From contig CAWJBB010000030.1 of assembly GCA_963840855.1 (NCBI GenBank), positions 225,755 to 289,754 of the forward strand: a stretch of 64,000 nt of DNA, given 5' to 3'. The position numbers were made by a program, and so were the translations under genes. The notes under the pieces were generated by a model, which had not been told where the DNA came from, did no database searches, and was given only the letters and a program-made list of their open reading frames with translations. Below, in pieces: positions 51,978 to 63,037 of this stretch. The stretch is from an uncultured delta proteobacterium (GTDB lineage: Bacteria; Desulfobacterota; Binatia; UBA9968). The stretch's first letter is position 1. Each line of letters opens with the position of its first letter.

Positions 51978-53345
51978 TTATTCCTCCGGCGTCATAGTCG
52001 GAAGGCCAATCTCTTCCACCCTCTGAACGAACACCCGGTTGACGAACCACAGTGCCATGCCTATCGCGATTAGCACGCCGGCCCGCGTATAGACTGCGGC
52101 GGCGCGGCCGGTGATCGGAAGAATAAGAACCAGGCAGGCCAATGCGCCAAGCACCGGCATCCAGGTCGGCGCTCGGTAATGGTCATGATCGACTGGACGA
52201 CGGCGCAGCACCAGCACGGATACGTTCACTAGCGCGAAGGCGCAGAGCAGCAGGAGCACGGTGGTCTCGGCCAGGTTGCCTACGTCGCCCGTCGCGACCA
52301 GGACCACGGCAATGGCGACTGTGAACAGGATCGCCACCCACGGCGTGCTCCGCGAGGGGTGCACGACCGCAAATACCGGTGGTACGACACGCTCGCCGGC
52401 CATGCCGTACACCAGGCGCGACGCCATTATCATATTCATCAATGCGGTGTTGCTGACCGCCAGCAGCGCGATGATGGCGAACAGTTTGGGCGGAAATGCC
52501 AGGCCCGCAACCTTGACCACCTCAAGCAGCGGCCCGGAGGACGTCGTCAGGGTCCTCGTATCCACTAACATAGTGGCCGTGAAGGCGACCGCGATGTAGA
52601 TCAACGCTGCGATGATCAGGCCGCCGAAGAGCGCGAAGGGAAAATCCTTTGGCGGATTCTTGGCCTCCTCCGCGAGGTTAACGGAATCCTCAAAACCGAG
52701 CAGCGCATAGAAGGCCAGCGCCGTTCCCCCGAGCACGCTCAGTAGCGCGCCGTTTGCCGGGTTGAACTCGATGGCTCGAGCCGGATTCCCTTGCCCCATG
52801 GACAGCGCGTAGATGCCGATGACGATGATGACGAGCAAGCCGAACGCCTCGATGACCGTCAGAACTACATTGACTTTGACGGACTCGGAGATTCCGACGA
52901 AGTTCACCAATGTGACGAGGCCGAGGAAGATCAAGGCGCTGACGAGGACTGGCAGGGTGACGAACTCGGCGAGGTAACTGCCGCCGAAAGCCCTGGCTGC
53001 GGCGCTGGCTGAGGTGACGCCGCTCATCATCACGGCGAAGGCGACGATGAACGTCACGAAAGGAACGCCGAACGCCTGGTGCACATAGAGCGCCGCCCCC
53101 GAGGCCCGAGAATACTTGCCCACCAACTCGGCGTACGCGGCGGCGGTCAGTGAGGCGAGTGCGAAAGCCAGCAAAAACGGGAGCCAGAGCATTCCTCCGA
53201 CGTGCCCGGCCACCTTGCCGACGAGCGCGTAAATGCCGGCGCCGAGGATATCGCCGACCACGAAGCAAAGCAGCATCCCGCGCCCAATGACGCGCTTGAG
53301 TGCGGGCTTGCCGGCCGCGTCCGCTGAATCTACTGTCTTGGCCAT
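51978..53345 (-). CDS. APC family amino acid permease
   Basis: GDILGAGIYAL, YAEL, GFEDSVNLAEE and SRLVYGMA. Confidence 0.92.
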   Translation of the reverse strand: MAKTVDSADAAGKPALKRVIGRGMLLCFVVGDILGAGIYALVGKVAGHVGGMLWLPFLLAFALASLTAAAYAELVGKYSRASGAALYVHQAFGVPFVTFIVAFAVMMSGVTSASAAARAFGGSYLAEFVTLPVLVSALIFLGLVTLVNFVGISESVKVNVVLTVIEAFGLLVIIVIGIYALSMGQGNPARAIEFNPANGALLSVLGGTALAFYALLGFEDSVNLAEEAKNPPKDFPFALFGGLIIAALIYIAVAFTATMLVDTRTLTTSSGPLLEVVKVAGLAFPPKLFAIIALLAVSNTALMNMIMASRLVYGMAGERVVPPVFAVVHPSRSTPWVAILFTVAIAVVLVATGDVGNLAETTVLLLLCAFALVNVSVLVLRRRPVDHDHYRAPTWMPVLGALACLVLILPITGRAAAVYTRAGVLIAIGMALWFVNRVFVQRVEEIGLPTMTPEE

Positions 53346-53887
53346 GCGGCTTTCTTTAGACGACCGCCTTAAAGTTCTCTTTCTCCGTTCCGTACACTGC
53401 GACTTTTTGCTTCAAGCGACGGTGATCAGTCGCCGCGGTAGCTAACATAGCTCTGCCCTCGATCGGATACGTCGGCCTGCGATCGAGCGATTTAACGCTA
53501 GCCTGCCGGGCTGTATTGTGCAAGAAAAAAAATTAGGTTCGAGGAAAAGGACAATGCATACCAAGATGATTGTTCAACGGGTGAAGCCAATGCGCCAAAC
53601 GGTTCGTCTGCTTCTTCTGCGCGCGGCGATTGACTGCATGGGCGCGGCAACGGACTGGGGACTCGATAAGATTCGAATCGACATGGGCGCGTTTCGGTAG
53701 GACTGGCACCGGCACTGGGGTTCCTGACCGTGGAGTGGGTTCTGGCGCAGTTCGGCCGCAACCGCAAGAGAGCTCTGGACAGGACGCTGGCTACACGAGT
53801 CCTTCTTGCGTCAGTCAGTGTTGGGCCGTCATTTGTTCGCGTCGCCGAACCGTATTATAAAAGGTGCCATTGGCGGAGGAGAGCGCA

Positions 53888-54787
53888 ATGAGCCTGATTC
53901 AACTCAACGTCATGTACGGCCATCTTGAAGGCAACGCCGGCGCATTTTCGCGGGACCCTTCAGGTTATCTATCCATTGAAGCCGGAATATTTAGCAAGCA
54001 TGGACTGGAAGTCTCGTGGAACCATGTGCAGGGCACCGAGGAGCGTTATCGCAGACTGGAGAACGGCACAGCGCAAATCTCGCTGGTGGTCGGGCGGGCT
54101 TCGCTCCAGCACTTCCTCGCTTCGGGAACGACGAGAATTCTCGGCTGCGCGATGAACAGCTGCTCGTACTATTTAATGGTCGCGCCGTCAGTCGCCAAGC
54201 TGGAAGATTTGAAAGGCAAGATTATCGCCTGCCGTGAAGGCCCGTCGCGGAACACTCCGATAGCTGAGAAGCTCCGCGAATTGGCTGGACTTGAAGTTGG
54301 CCGCGACTTGACGCTCAAATTGCCCGGCAGCGATCAAGAAACCTACGGTTTGTTGATCAATGGCGAAGTGCACGCGGCCTTGCTGCCGCGCGCATTTGGC
54401 TTCTGGGCGGAGGATCGAGGATTCAGAAGAATCACTGACTGGCCGGACGTGGTCGACGATCCCTTGCCGATCACCATCGAGACGACGGAGAAGCTCTGGC
54501 GCGAGCGCGGTAAGGACTTCGAGATTTTCCTGATGGCCCATCGCGAAGGGATTCGCCATCTCCAAGCGAATCGGGATGCGGCGATCAAGTTGCTCGGCGA
54601 GAAGTTCGGCCACTCGCCATCGTTTGCCGCCAAGACGTTCGACGATTATTTGGTTTGCTTGGACGCGAGTCTGAAGGTGGATTTCAAGCAACTGGAGCTG
54701 CTGCTCTCTCAGGTCGCGCCGGAGACGCGCGGCGGCGCGCGGCAAGTCGCGGCACGGTGGATTGTTCCGGGAGCGCTGAAGGCTTGA
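53888..54787 (+). CDS. NMT1/SsuA-like substrate-binding fold protein with no obvious signal peptide
   Basis: EAGIFSKHGLEV, LEDLKGKIIA, LINGEVHAA and AEDRGFRR. Confidence 0.75.
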   Translation: MSLIQLNVMYGHLEGNAGAFSRDPSGYLSIEAGIFSKHGLEVSWNHVQGTEERYRRLENGTAQISLVVGRASLQHFLASGTTRILGCAMNSCSYYLMVAPSVAKLEDLKGKIIACREGPSRNTPIAEKLRELAGLEVGRDLTLKLPGSDQETYGLLINGEVHAALLPRAFGFWAEDRGFRRITDWPDVVDDPLPITIETTEKLWRERGKDFEIFLMAHREGIRHLQANRDAAIKLLGEKFGHSPSFAAKTFDDYLVCLDASLKVDFKQLELLLSQVAPETRGGARQVAARWIVPGALKA

Positions 54788-54811
54788 GCACGGCAAAGCG
54801 GAGTCTGCAAC

Positions 54812-54847
54812 GGGTCGGGACTCCTGATCCGAAGACTCCCGACCCCC
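54812..54847. repeat. REP-like hairpin (GGGTCGGGA...TCCCGACCC)
   Basis: gggtcgggactcctgatccgaagactcccgacccc. Confidence 0.55.
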
Positions 54848-54869
54848 TATAGTTTCTCGCTGGAACTGA

Positions 54870-54934
54870 GTTCAAAGCGTTCAAGCCGTTCAAAACGTTT
54901 GGAACGATTGGAACCGTTGGAACGATTGGAACGC
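54870..54934. repeat. 9-bp period GTTCAA / TTGGAAC inverted tandem repeats
   Basis: gttcaaagc gttcaagcc gttcaaaac, then ttggaacga ttggaaccg ttggaacga ttggaacg. Confidence 0.8.
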
Positions 54935-55017
54935 TGAGGAACGTTAACAGTTTGCGGTGCCCGGCGCAGTTGTAATATTCATAGGCCAAACTCGGGAACG
55001 ATAAAGGAGGCAATTTT

Positions 55018-56112
55018 ATGGCTGGCATAATCGACGCGGACACACATATCGCCGAAGGCGAAGCGATGTGGGCGATGATGGACAAAGAGATGTATCCCCG
55101 GCGGCCGGTGTTGCTGAAGAGCCCGGAGGATACGCTTTACGGCCCGCGCAACGCCTTCTGGCTAATCGACGGCAATATTTTTCCCAAGCCCAACGGCAAG
55201 GGCAGCTTTCGTTTGATCACGCCGTCTGCGACCAAGTTGGAAACCTCCAGAGGCGATATTCATCTCGCTTACCGAGAAATGACCGATATCCCAGGCCGCT
55301 TGAAAGACATGGACAAGCTCAACGTTGAAACGCAGGTCGTCTATCCGACGTTATTTTTGATCTATATCACCGACGATGTAGCTTTAGATATCGCTATGGC
55401 GCGTTCCTATAACCGGTTTTTGGCGCAAGCTTGCGCCAAGGCAGGCAACCGGATGCGCTGGGTGGTGGTGCCGCCGCTGCACGACGTCGAAGAATCGGTC
55501 AAGGAAATCAAGTGGGGCAAGGACAACGGCGCGGTGGGGGTATTTTTCCGCGGCATCGAAGGCGAGCGGACGCTGGACAATCCATATTTTTACCCGATCT
55601 ACCAGGTCGCCAACGATCTCGATCTGCCGATCTTGATTCACACCGGCGCGGGCTGTCCGCTGTTTCTCAAGCTCTTCGACGTCGAGCGCAACCATACTTT
55701 CGGCCACAGCCGCGTGCAGCCGCTGTTCGCTTTCCGCGACCTGATCGCCAACAAGATTCCTGAGCAGTTCCCCAAGCTCAAGTTTGGTTTCATCGAGGCT
55801 TCTGCTGGTTGGGTTCCATTCATGATGCATATTCTCAAGCGGCTCTTCCGCGAGAAGTGGAAGTTCTCATCCGATGCCGATATGTTTCGTGAATATCGTA
55901 TCTTCGTCGCCTGCGAGGCAGACGAGGACGTCGCCTATATCGCGCAATACACAGGTGAAGACCATTTGATCATCGGTTCCGACTACGGCCACCAAGATCC
56001 ATCGGAAGAACGCCAACTAGTTGCGGCGATGCGCGCCCGCGAAGATATTCCGCGGGCGCTGACAGACAAGATATTCTTTGACAATCCAAAGCTACTGTAC
56101 CCGCTGAATTGA
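55018..56112 (+). CDS. Amidohydrolase_2 family protein
   Basis: IDADTH, QVVYPT, ILIHTG, FGFIEA and GSDYGH. Confidence 0.92.
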   Translation: MAGIIDADTHIAEGEAMWAMMDKEMYPRRPVLLKSPEDTLYGPRNAFWLIDGNIFPKPNGKGSFRLITPSATKLETSRGDIHLAYREMTDIPGRLKDMDKLNVETQVVYPTLFLIYITDDVALDIAMARSYNRFLAQACAKAGNRMRWVVVPPLHDVEESVKEIKWGKDNGAVGVFFRGIEGERTLDNPYFYPIYQVANDLDLPILIHTGAGCPLFLKLFDVERNHTFGHSRVQPLFAFRDLIANKIPEQFPKLKFGFIEASAGWVPFMMHILKRLFREKWKFSSDADMFREYRIFVACEADEDVAYIAQYTGEDHLIIGSDYGHQDPSEERQLVAAMRAREDIPRALTDKIFFDNPKLLYPLN

Positions 56113-56158
56113 TGTCCCGATTGGGGAATTTGATGAAACAGGGCCGCGCCTGTCCTCT

Positions 56159-56275
56159 CGTCATTCCCTCCCTTCGGCAGGGCTCAGGACAAGCTCCAGC
56201 GGGAATCCAGGTTCCATTTTCTTTTTCCCTGGATTCCGGCTCGCGCTGGCTTCCGCCAGCTTGGCCGGAATGACG
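56159..56275. repeat. REP-like palindrome (GTCATTCC..GGAATCCA..TGGATTCC..GGAATGAC)
   Basis: Nested inverted repeats in intergenic DNA. Confidence 0.7.
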
Positions 56276-56328
56276 TTATGAGGTCGACCGACATTGATCG
56301 AAAGGGGTTCGGAACGAGAGGTAATTAA

Positions 56329-57330
56329 ATGATTGAGAAGTTTTCACAGACGTGCCTGGGCAGACCGGTCTTGACGCTCGTCGGCGCCTTACTCGTCATA
56401 CAGCCAACGTTCGCCGGCGCCCAATCCCTCCAGACCGTGAACATGGCGATCCCGTCCAAGAGTTTTCAAATGGTAATTTATCCAATTGCTCAGCAAATGG
56501 GCTACATGAAAGAGGAGGGGATCGACCTTCGCGTCATTTTCATCGCGCCGACCACGAGTATTCAGGCGATGCTAGGCGGTGACGTCCAATTCACCGGCGC
56601 GGGCACGAGCGCATTGGTGACCATCGCGCGGTCGAATACGCCACTGAAAGTCGTTGCCGCGACCAACGACCGGGTCCTTCAGTGGCTCGTGACGAAACCT
56701 GAGATCACCAGCCCCAAGGACCTCAAAGGGAAAAAAATCGCCACTACGGGCGTGGCAGCGATCGCGACGTTCATGTTGAAGCAAATCCTCACCAAGCACG
56801 GGTTAGACGGCAACAAAGACGTGACTTACCTCGACGTCGGACAGGGCAATCAACTTCCGGCGCTGCTTGGCGGCGGACTGGATGCCGCGGTTCTGAGCGT
56901 CGAACAACGCTACGTCGGTCTCGACAAGGGAATGCGCGAAATGTTTTTCTTCGGTAACGAGGTGAAAAATTCCTGGGGGACACTGGCGACCACCGATAGG
57001 CTGATAAAAGAAAACCCCAAGGTGGTCGCCGGCTTCGTGCGCGCGACTCTAAAATCGATGCGTTACCTGCGCCACGACAAGGAAGGAACCATCTCGGCCA
57101 TGACGAAATTCGCCGGCGTCTCGCGTCAACAAGCCACTCGCGTCTACGAAGATATCATCCCGACTTTCACGCGGAGCGGCGCCGTCGATGATGAAACACA
57201 GCGCAACGACCTACAGATTATCCGCCAGGTTGTGAATACCAACGAGGCCGTGCCAAACGCCAAGGGTTACGATTTTAGCTTTGCGCAAGAGGCGGACCGG
57301 CAGTTGAATAAGATGGGGTGGAAGCCGTGA
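56329..57330 (+). CDS. NMT1/THI5/SsuA-like ABC substrate-binding protein
   Basis: Signal peptide; GYMKEEGIDL, DLKGKKIA and GLDGNKDV. Confidence 0.88.
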   Translation: MIEKFSQTCLGRPVLTLVGALLVIQPTFAGAQSLQTVNMAIPSKSFQMVIYPIAQQMGYMKEEGIDLRVIFIAPTTSIQAMLGGDVQFTGAGTSALVTIARSNTPLKVVAATNDRVLQWLVTKPEITSPKDLKGKKIATTGVAAIATFMLKQILTKHGLDGNKDVTYLDVGQGNQLPALLGGGLDAAVLSVEQRYVGLDKGMREMFFFGNEVKNSWGTLATTDRLIKENPKVVAGFVRATLKSMRYLRHDKEGTISAMTKFAGVSRQQATRVYEDIIPTFTRSGAVDDETQRNDLQIIRQVVNTNEAVPNAKGYDFSFAQEADRQLNKMGWKP

Positions 57331-57496
57331 CGCCAAGCGTCGGGTCTATGTTCCGGGTTTCGAGTTAAACACTGTGCCAGTCAACACTGCGGCCGGGTGC
57401 AAAGAAACCCGGGTCTGGCAGGCTGCTGTCGTGAATTGGGCTAGAGTCGGAGCATCGTTTTTCGCGTCACCTTGACTCAAAGGAGGAGAAACCCAG

Positions 57497-59128
57497 GTGC
57501 AGTGGGACGACGAAGTTGATTTGATTTGCTTGGGCTCTGGTATCAGCGGCTGCGCCGCTGCCATCGCGGCCGCTGACGCTGGACTAAACGTTACAGTGCT
57601 CGAAAAATCCCATAAGCTCGGCGGGACAACCACTTGGTCTTTAGGGATTGTATGGGTCGGGAACAGCCACCTTGCGCGAGCAAAGGGGGTAAACGATACG
57701 GCCGCAGAATCCCGGGCCTACCTCGACTACCTGGGTGGCGGCCGCAATGATCCGGAAGTTACTCAAAGTTTCGTAGATCACGCGCCTGAAGCCCTGCAGT
57801 TTTTCGATAAAGTAGCCCAGGTGCCTTTCTATTTAGTAGAGAAGTTGCCGGACCATTACTATCCAGCCGGAGAAGGCTCTAAGCCATTCGGCAGAAGCCA
57901 TCAGGTCCGCCCTTTCGAGGGTTCGTCTCTCGGAGTTCGGCAAAAACAGCTGGATCTAACTCCTTACAGGCATGGCCGGATGACTTTCGAGGAAATGGCT
58001 GCGCGCGGCGGCATGGCGGGGCAGTGGGATCGTGAGCTAATCGCTGAACGCGAAGCTAAAGATATTCGTACGTTCGGCGGAGCCGTGGCGGGTTACTTCC
58101 TTAAAGCGGCGATCGATCGTCGCGTGTCGATACGGACTGAGACCGAAGTCAGTCGTTTGATCGTCGACAAAGGCCGTGTTGTCGGCGTTGAAATAAATTC
58201 CAGCGACAAGACTACAACTATCCGGGCGTCCCACGGTGTAGTGCTGGCGACGGGACAATACGGTGCTAGTCCACGCCTTATGGGTCTCTTTGACGAGTTC
58301 AATTCCTGGCCTCCACGAGGGCCCCCGCGCAATCAGGGGGATGGCCTCATCTTGGCCGCCGAGCAAGGCGCGGCGCTCAAGGTGATGCACTGGAATCTGA
58401 CGACGATGCTCGGTTATCACGTGCAAGGAGAAAGTTTCGATGGCCAACCACTGATGCGCGGCGCGGGTTCTCGGGAAGTGGCTTATCCCCATTGTATTCT
58501 TGTCAATCGCGCCGGTCGGCGCTTCGCCGATGAATCCTGTTTTGGCGACGTAGCCGCCAAACTCCGCGACTTCGACGTGTGGACTCATCGTCCCGTTAAC
58601 GTACCCTGTTATCTGATCTTTGACACGCAGTATTGGGCCAAGTACGGACTTCAGCCTCTCGTTCCGGGTAGCGAGCCGCCGGAATGGCTGCAACGCGCCG
58701 GGACTTTGCCTGAATTAGCAAATCGCTTAGGGGTCAATGCCGACGGACTGAGCGAGACAGTAGAGCGTTTCAATGGTTTCGTAGCCGCGGGACAGGACGA
58801 GGACTTTCACCGTGGGCGCATGCCGTGGTCGCAGCAGGCATCCGGGGATTCGAGCCAGAAAAATGCCAACCTGGGCTCCTTGTCCCAGCCGCCCTTCTTC
58901 GGGCTCGAGACCAAACCTACTTCGGGTCACGCGGTTGGACTGCTGACCAACGGCAACGGTCAGGTTATTCACCTCCGGGGGCATGCCATTCCAGGATTGT
59001 ATGCCTGCGGCGATGTGGCCGCATCGTTGCACGTTGGGGTCGGCTACCAGGCGGGACTGAATTTAGCCGGCGGCATGACTTTTGGGTTCATGGCCGCGCA
59101 ACACGCCGCGCGCCGACGGCTCACGTAA
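57497..59128 (+). CDS. FAD-dependent oxidoreductase, 3-ketosteroid-delta1-dehydrogenase-like (FAD_binding_2)
   Basis: GSGISG, EKS..LGGTT, ILVNRAGRRFADE, DEDFHRG and IPGLYACG. Confidence 0.88.
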   Translation: MQWDDEVDLICLGSGISGCAAAIAAADAGLNVTVLEKSHKLGGTTTWSLGIVWVGNSHLARAKGVNDTAAESRAYLDYLGGGRNDPEVTQSFVDHAPEALQFFDKVAQVPFYLVEKLPDHYYPAGEGSKPFGRSHQVRPFEGSSLGVRQKQLDLTPYRHGRMTFEEMAARGGMAGQWDRELIAEREAKDIRTFGGAVAGYFLKAAIDRRVSIRTETEVSRLIVDKGRVVGVEINSSDKTTTIRASHGVVLATGQYGASPRLMGLFDEFNSWPPRGPPRNQGDGLILAAEQGAALKVMHWNLTTMLGYHVQGESFDGQPLMRGAGSREVAYPHCILVNRAGRRFADESCFGDVAAKLRDFDVWTHRPVNVPCYLIFDTQYWAKYGLQPLVPGSEPPEWLQRAGTLPELANRLGVNADGLSETVERFNGFVAAGQDEDFHRGRMPWSQQASGDSSQKNANLGSLSQPPFFGLETKPTSGHAVGLLTNGNGQVIHLRGHAIPGLYACGDVAASLHVGVGYQAGLNLAGGMTFGFMAAQHAARRRLT

Positions 59129-59290
59129 CAGCCTTAAGTGGAGTGCAACCAAGCACGCGAAGCGATTCTACTATTTACTTCACTGCTGTCCAAATTTACG
59201 TTGCAAACCACCGATGCAGAGCTATAAGTGCTTGGTTCTTCGTAACTGGCTTGACTCGTTGTAGATCAGACCCACCCCAAAGAATTCTAT

Positions 59291-59431
59291 TCTCGCGCCA
59301 AGACGCCAAGACGCAAAGAAAGATTCTTTGTCATTTCGACCGAAGGGAGAAATCCTTCTTAGATCCCTCGCATTTGCTCGGGATGACGAGCCTCGGCCCG
59401 TCACCTTGGCGTCTTTGCGCCTTTGCGCGAG
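59291..59431. repeat. Composite palindromic repeat (CGCCAAGACGCAAAG arms enclosing a GTCATT..GATGAC hairpin)
   Basis: tcgcgccaagacgccaagacgcaaag ... tgtcatttcgaccg..gggatgac ... cttggcgtctttgcgcctttgcgcga. Confidence 0.75.
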
Positions 59432-59483
59432 TCATAATCCGTGTTCGTGGTCTTTGTGGCGGCTAATTTGGACAAGAGTGCGA

Positions 59484-60491
59484 TTACTTATAGAGACGAT
59501 CGATATAACCGCTATCGTCTAATTCTTTTACGAATCTCGCGTCGAGAAATCGCTCGGGCTCAACTATTTTTGCCGCGGGGATCGTATAGGCCAACTGTTC
59601 CAATACTAGCTGTATTCCCTGAATAAAAGGGTACGGCTTTTGCCGGTATGTCTGGGCATTAAAATCATAACCGATGTCAATCACTCTGGGATCGCTGACT
59701 TTCATATATTTCGACATAATCTCGATGCTCTTTGCCTTGCGGGTTTTATAGGTGTGAATCCCCTCCACAATAGACCTAATGAATCGACGGACGGTTTCCT
59801 CTTCTTTTTTGATGAAAGACCTCGTCGTAACCACGCCGGAACTGAGCACCTCAACGCCCGCCTTCGGTATATCGACTAAAATATTCAAGCCGAATTTTTC
59901 GGCAATGAGCTTGTCCTCGACAGTAATCGTTGTGCCATCGATGGATCCCGCCTGGAGCGCCGCCAATCTGACAGGTGATTGACCTACTTGGCGTATCGTC
60001 ACATCTTTATCGGGATCAATCGCGAGCTTTCGCAAGGTTCGGCGCAAAATAAAATCACCGGTTCCGCCGAGCCGGTCGATTCCGAGTATCTTGCCTTTGA
60101 GTTGCGCAGGATTGGTTATTTTTGGGGAAGTGACTAGATATGCGATTCCTGACACGTTACTCAAACTTGCCACAAGAACCAAGTCACTTCCGCTGAGATT
60201 GCTCGATACCGCAGGGGCCCCACTGGTTAACCCAACGGGCGCGTTCCCCGCGAGCATCGCCGCAACTAGAATCGGCGAGCTTTGAATGAACAGAAGCTCG
60301 ACATCCAGTCCGTTCTTCTTGAAAATCTGTTCTTCCTTGGCTATCCAGGCGACGGCATAGCTTCCGGTCAATGTAGGATACGCGACGCGCAATTTAATCG
60401 GCGTCTCCGCAGCGTAGCTGGTCGACGAAACAAACAACACAATCAGAACGATCGCGACCTGGAAGCTGAAGGATTCTTCTGTTAAATTCAT
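59484..60491 (-). CDS. NMT1/SsuA-like ABC substrate-binding protein
   Basis: Signal peptide; [25 protein letters not shown] and [13 protein letters not shown]. Confidence 0.88.
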   Translation of the reverse strand: MNLTEESFSFQVAIVLIVLFVSSTSYAAETPIKLRVAYPTLTGSYAVAWIAKEEQIFKKNGLDVELLFIQSSPILVAAMLAGNAPVGLTSGAPAVSSNLSGSDLVLVASLSNVSGIAYLVTSPKITNPAQLKGKILGIDRLGGTGDFILRRTLRKLAIDPDKDVTIRQVGQSPVRLAALQAGSIDGTTITVEDKLIAEKFGLNILVDIPKAGVEVLSSGVVTTRSFIKKEEETVRRFIRSIVEGIHTYKTRKAKSIEIMSKYMKVSDPRVIDIGYDFNAQTYRQKPYPFIQGIQLVLEQLAYTIPAAKIVEPERFLDARFVKELDDSGYIDRLYK

Positions 60492-60544
60492 GGTTGACCG
60501 CGCTGACACATGACACCAAGTCACGTTCGCATATTGTGTCTCAG

Positions 60545-62935
60545 ATGACCATTACCATTTCAGAAGCTGCGCAGATCAAGATTGTTCAACTCATCGCCAA
60601 GGAACTCGGCGTCGGGCCCGGTCAGGTCGCTGCCGCGGTGGCGCTGCTCGACGAAGGTTCCACCGTGCCCTTCATCGCGCGCTATCGCAAGGAGGCCACC
60701 GGCAACCTGGACGACACCCACCTGCGCAATCTGGAAGAACGGCTGCTGTATCTGCGCGAACTGGATGAACGGCGCGCCGCAATCCTGTCATCGATCGAGG
60801 AGCAGGGCAAGCTCACCGACGAGCTGCGCGGCGCCATCGAGGCGGCCGTTACCAAGCAAGCCGTGGAAGACCTCTATCTACCCTACAAGCCCAAGCGCCG
60901 CACGCGCGCGCAGCTGGCGCGCGAGGCTGGGCTGCAGCCGCTGGCCGATGCGCTGTTCGCCAATCCCACCCTCGACCCGCAGCAGGAAGCGGCCAAATAC
61001 GTTAATGGCAAACCTGCTGCCGACAACGGCGTTCCCGACTCCAAAGCCGCGCTCGAGGGCGCGCGCGACATTCTTGCCGAGCGTTTTGCCGAGACGGCCG
61101 AACTGTTGGCCAAACTACGCGCCCGCATGTGGGAGCAGGGCATCGTTACCTCTAACGTGGCGAAAGGAAAGGAGACCGCCGAAGAAGAAAAATTCCGCGA
61201 TTACTACGATTATTCCGAGGCCATACGCACCATCCCGTCGCACCGCGCGCTGGCGCTATTTCGCGGCCAGAGCCTCGGCGTGCTGAAGATCGAACTGGGC
61301 CTAAGCGACGCACTCGAAGCTGCCGTGCCGCATCCGTGCGTCGCGACGATCGCAGCACATTTTGGCATCGAAGACCGCGGCCGTTCCGCCGACAAGTGGC
61401 TGACCGATGTTTGCCACTGGACCTGGCGCGTCAAGGCGCACTCGCATATCAGCACCGAGCTGCTGGCGCAATTACGTGAAGCGGCGGAAGCCGAGGCAAT
61501 CAAAATATTCGGCCGCAATCTGCACGAGCTGCTGCTGGCGGCGCCCGCAGGTTCGAAGGCCGTACTGGGCCTTGATCCCGGGATACGCACCGGATGCAAA
61601 GTGGCCGTCGTCGATGCCACCGGCAAACTGTTGGAAACAGCCACCATCTACCCGCACCAGCCGCGCAATGATTGGCAGGGAGCGCTGGCGACCTTGGCAC
61701 GCCTGGTGGCGCAGCATGGCGTCGAGCTGATCTCGATCGGCAACGGCACCGCCAGCCGCGAAACCGACAAGCTCGCCGCCGAGGTAATCAAGCTGGTGGC
61801 GTCTAAAATGCCGGAACGGAAGGTCAACAAGATCGTGGTCAACGAAGCCGGCGCCTCGGTCTATTCGGCGTCGGCATTCGCCGCCGCCGAATTTCCCGAG
61901 CTGGACGTGAGCCTGCGCGGCGCGGTATCCATCGCCCGGCGCTTGCAAGACCCATTGGCCGAGTTGGTGAAGATCGATCCCAAGTCGATCGGCGTCGGCC
62001 AATATCAGCATGACGTAAACCAGCGGGCCCTAGCCCGCTCCCTCGATGCGACGGTCGAAGACTGCGTCAACGCAGTGGGCGTGGACGTCAATACCGCTTC
62101 GGCACCGTTGCTCGCCCGCGTGTCGGGGTTGAACAGCGTGCTGGCGAAGAACATCGTCGAGTACCGCAATGCCAACGGCGCGTTTACAAATCGCAAAACG
62201 ATACGCAAGGTGCCGCGCCTGGGCGACAAGACCTTCGAGCAGGCCGCAGGTTTCCTGCGCATCAACGACGGCGACAATCCGCTTGACCGCTCCTCGGTCC
62301 ACCCGGAAGCCTATCCGGTGGTCGAGCGCATTCTGGCGCGCATACGCAAAGGCATCGGCGAAGTGATGGGTCAGCCGGCGGCGCTGAAGGAGCTTTCCCC
62401 CGCCGAATTCACCGATGACAAATTCGGCGTGCCGACAGTGCGCGACATCCTCGCTGAGCTGGAAAAACCCGGCCGCGATCCGCGCCCTGAATTCAAAACG
62501 GCCACATTCCAGGATGGCATCGAGTCTCTATCCGACCTGCGGCCCGACATGATCCTCGAAGGCGTCGTGACCAACGTCGCCGCCTTTGGCGCCTTCGTCG
62601 ACATCGGTGTGCACCAGGATGGCCTCGTGCACGTCTCCGCGCTGGCGAACAGATTCGTCAAAGATCCTTACGAATTCGTCAAGCCCGGGCAGATCGTCAA
62701 AGTCAAGGTGATGGAAGTCGACGTGAAGCGCCAGCGCATCGCTCTGACCATGCGCCTCGACGACCTACCCGGCACCGGCTCGCGCTCAGGTGACGCGCGC
62801 GTGGACGCAAACGCGGGCACAACACGCGGCCCGGGTGACCGGCGCCCGCTCGGGCCGAAGCGCGCGCCGGGGCGCGAGCCACAGACCGGCGGCGCCATCG
62901 CCATGGCGCTGGAGCGCGCCAAGCTGAAGAAGTAA
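60545..62935 (+). CDS. tex: Tex family RNA-binding transcriptional accessory protein
   Basis: [49 protein letters not shown] and the S1 domain [15 protein letters not shown]. Confidence 0.96.
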   Translation: MTITISEAAQIKIVQLIAKELGVGPGQVAAAVALLDEGSTVPFIARYRKEATGNLDDTHLRNLEERLLYLRELDERRAAILSSIEEQGKLTDELRGAIEAAVTKQAVEDLYLPYKPKRRTRAQLAREAGLQPLADALFANPTLDPQQEAAKYVNGKPAADNGVPDSKAALEGARDILAERFAETAELLAKLRARMWEQGIVTSNVAKGKETAEEEKFRDYYDYSEAIRTIPSHRALALFRGQSLGVLKIELGLSDALEAAVPHPCVATIAAHFGIEDRGRSADKWLTDVCHWTWRVKAHSHISTELLAQLREAAEAEAIKIFGRNLHELLLAAPAGSKAVLGLDPGIRTGCKVAVVDATGKLLETATIYPHQPRNDWQGALATLARLVAQHGVELISIGNGTASRETDKLAAEVIKLVASKMPERKVNKIVVNEAGASVYSASAFAAAEFPELDVSLRGAVSIARRLQDPLAELVKIDPKSIGVGQYQHDVNQRALARSLDATVEDCVNAVGVDVNTASAPLLARVSGLNSVLAKNIVEYRNANGAFTNRKTIRKVPRLGDKTFEQAAGFLRINDGDNPLDRSSVHPEAYPVVERILARIRKGIGEVMGQPAALKELSPAEFTDDKFGVPTVRDILAELEKPGRDPRPEFKTATFQDGIESLSDLRPDMILEGVVTNVAAFGAFVDIGVHQDGLVHVSALANRFVKDPYEFVKPGQIVKVKVMEVDVKRQRIALTMRLDDLPGTGSRSGDARVDANAGTTRGPGDRRPLGPKRAPGREPQTGGAIAMALERAKLKK

Positions 62936-63037
62936 CATCACGCAAACAGCGGGTGGTGCTGGGTCGATCCACATGCGCGTGGCGATATTTTTCTTTCGCG
63001 AGAAATGTCAACACGGCCATGCCGTCTCCAGGTCGGA

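Noticed and set aside
53553-53700. Short ORF resembling an SBP N-terminus
   Set aside because: Too short and degenerate to call.
54870-54934. Possible CRISPR array (GTTCAA/TTGGAAC resemble repeat ends)
   Set aside because: The period is 9 bp with no unique 30-40 bp spacers, and there are no cas genes in the window.
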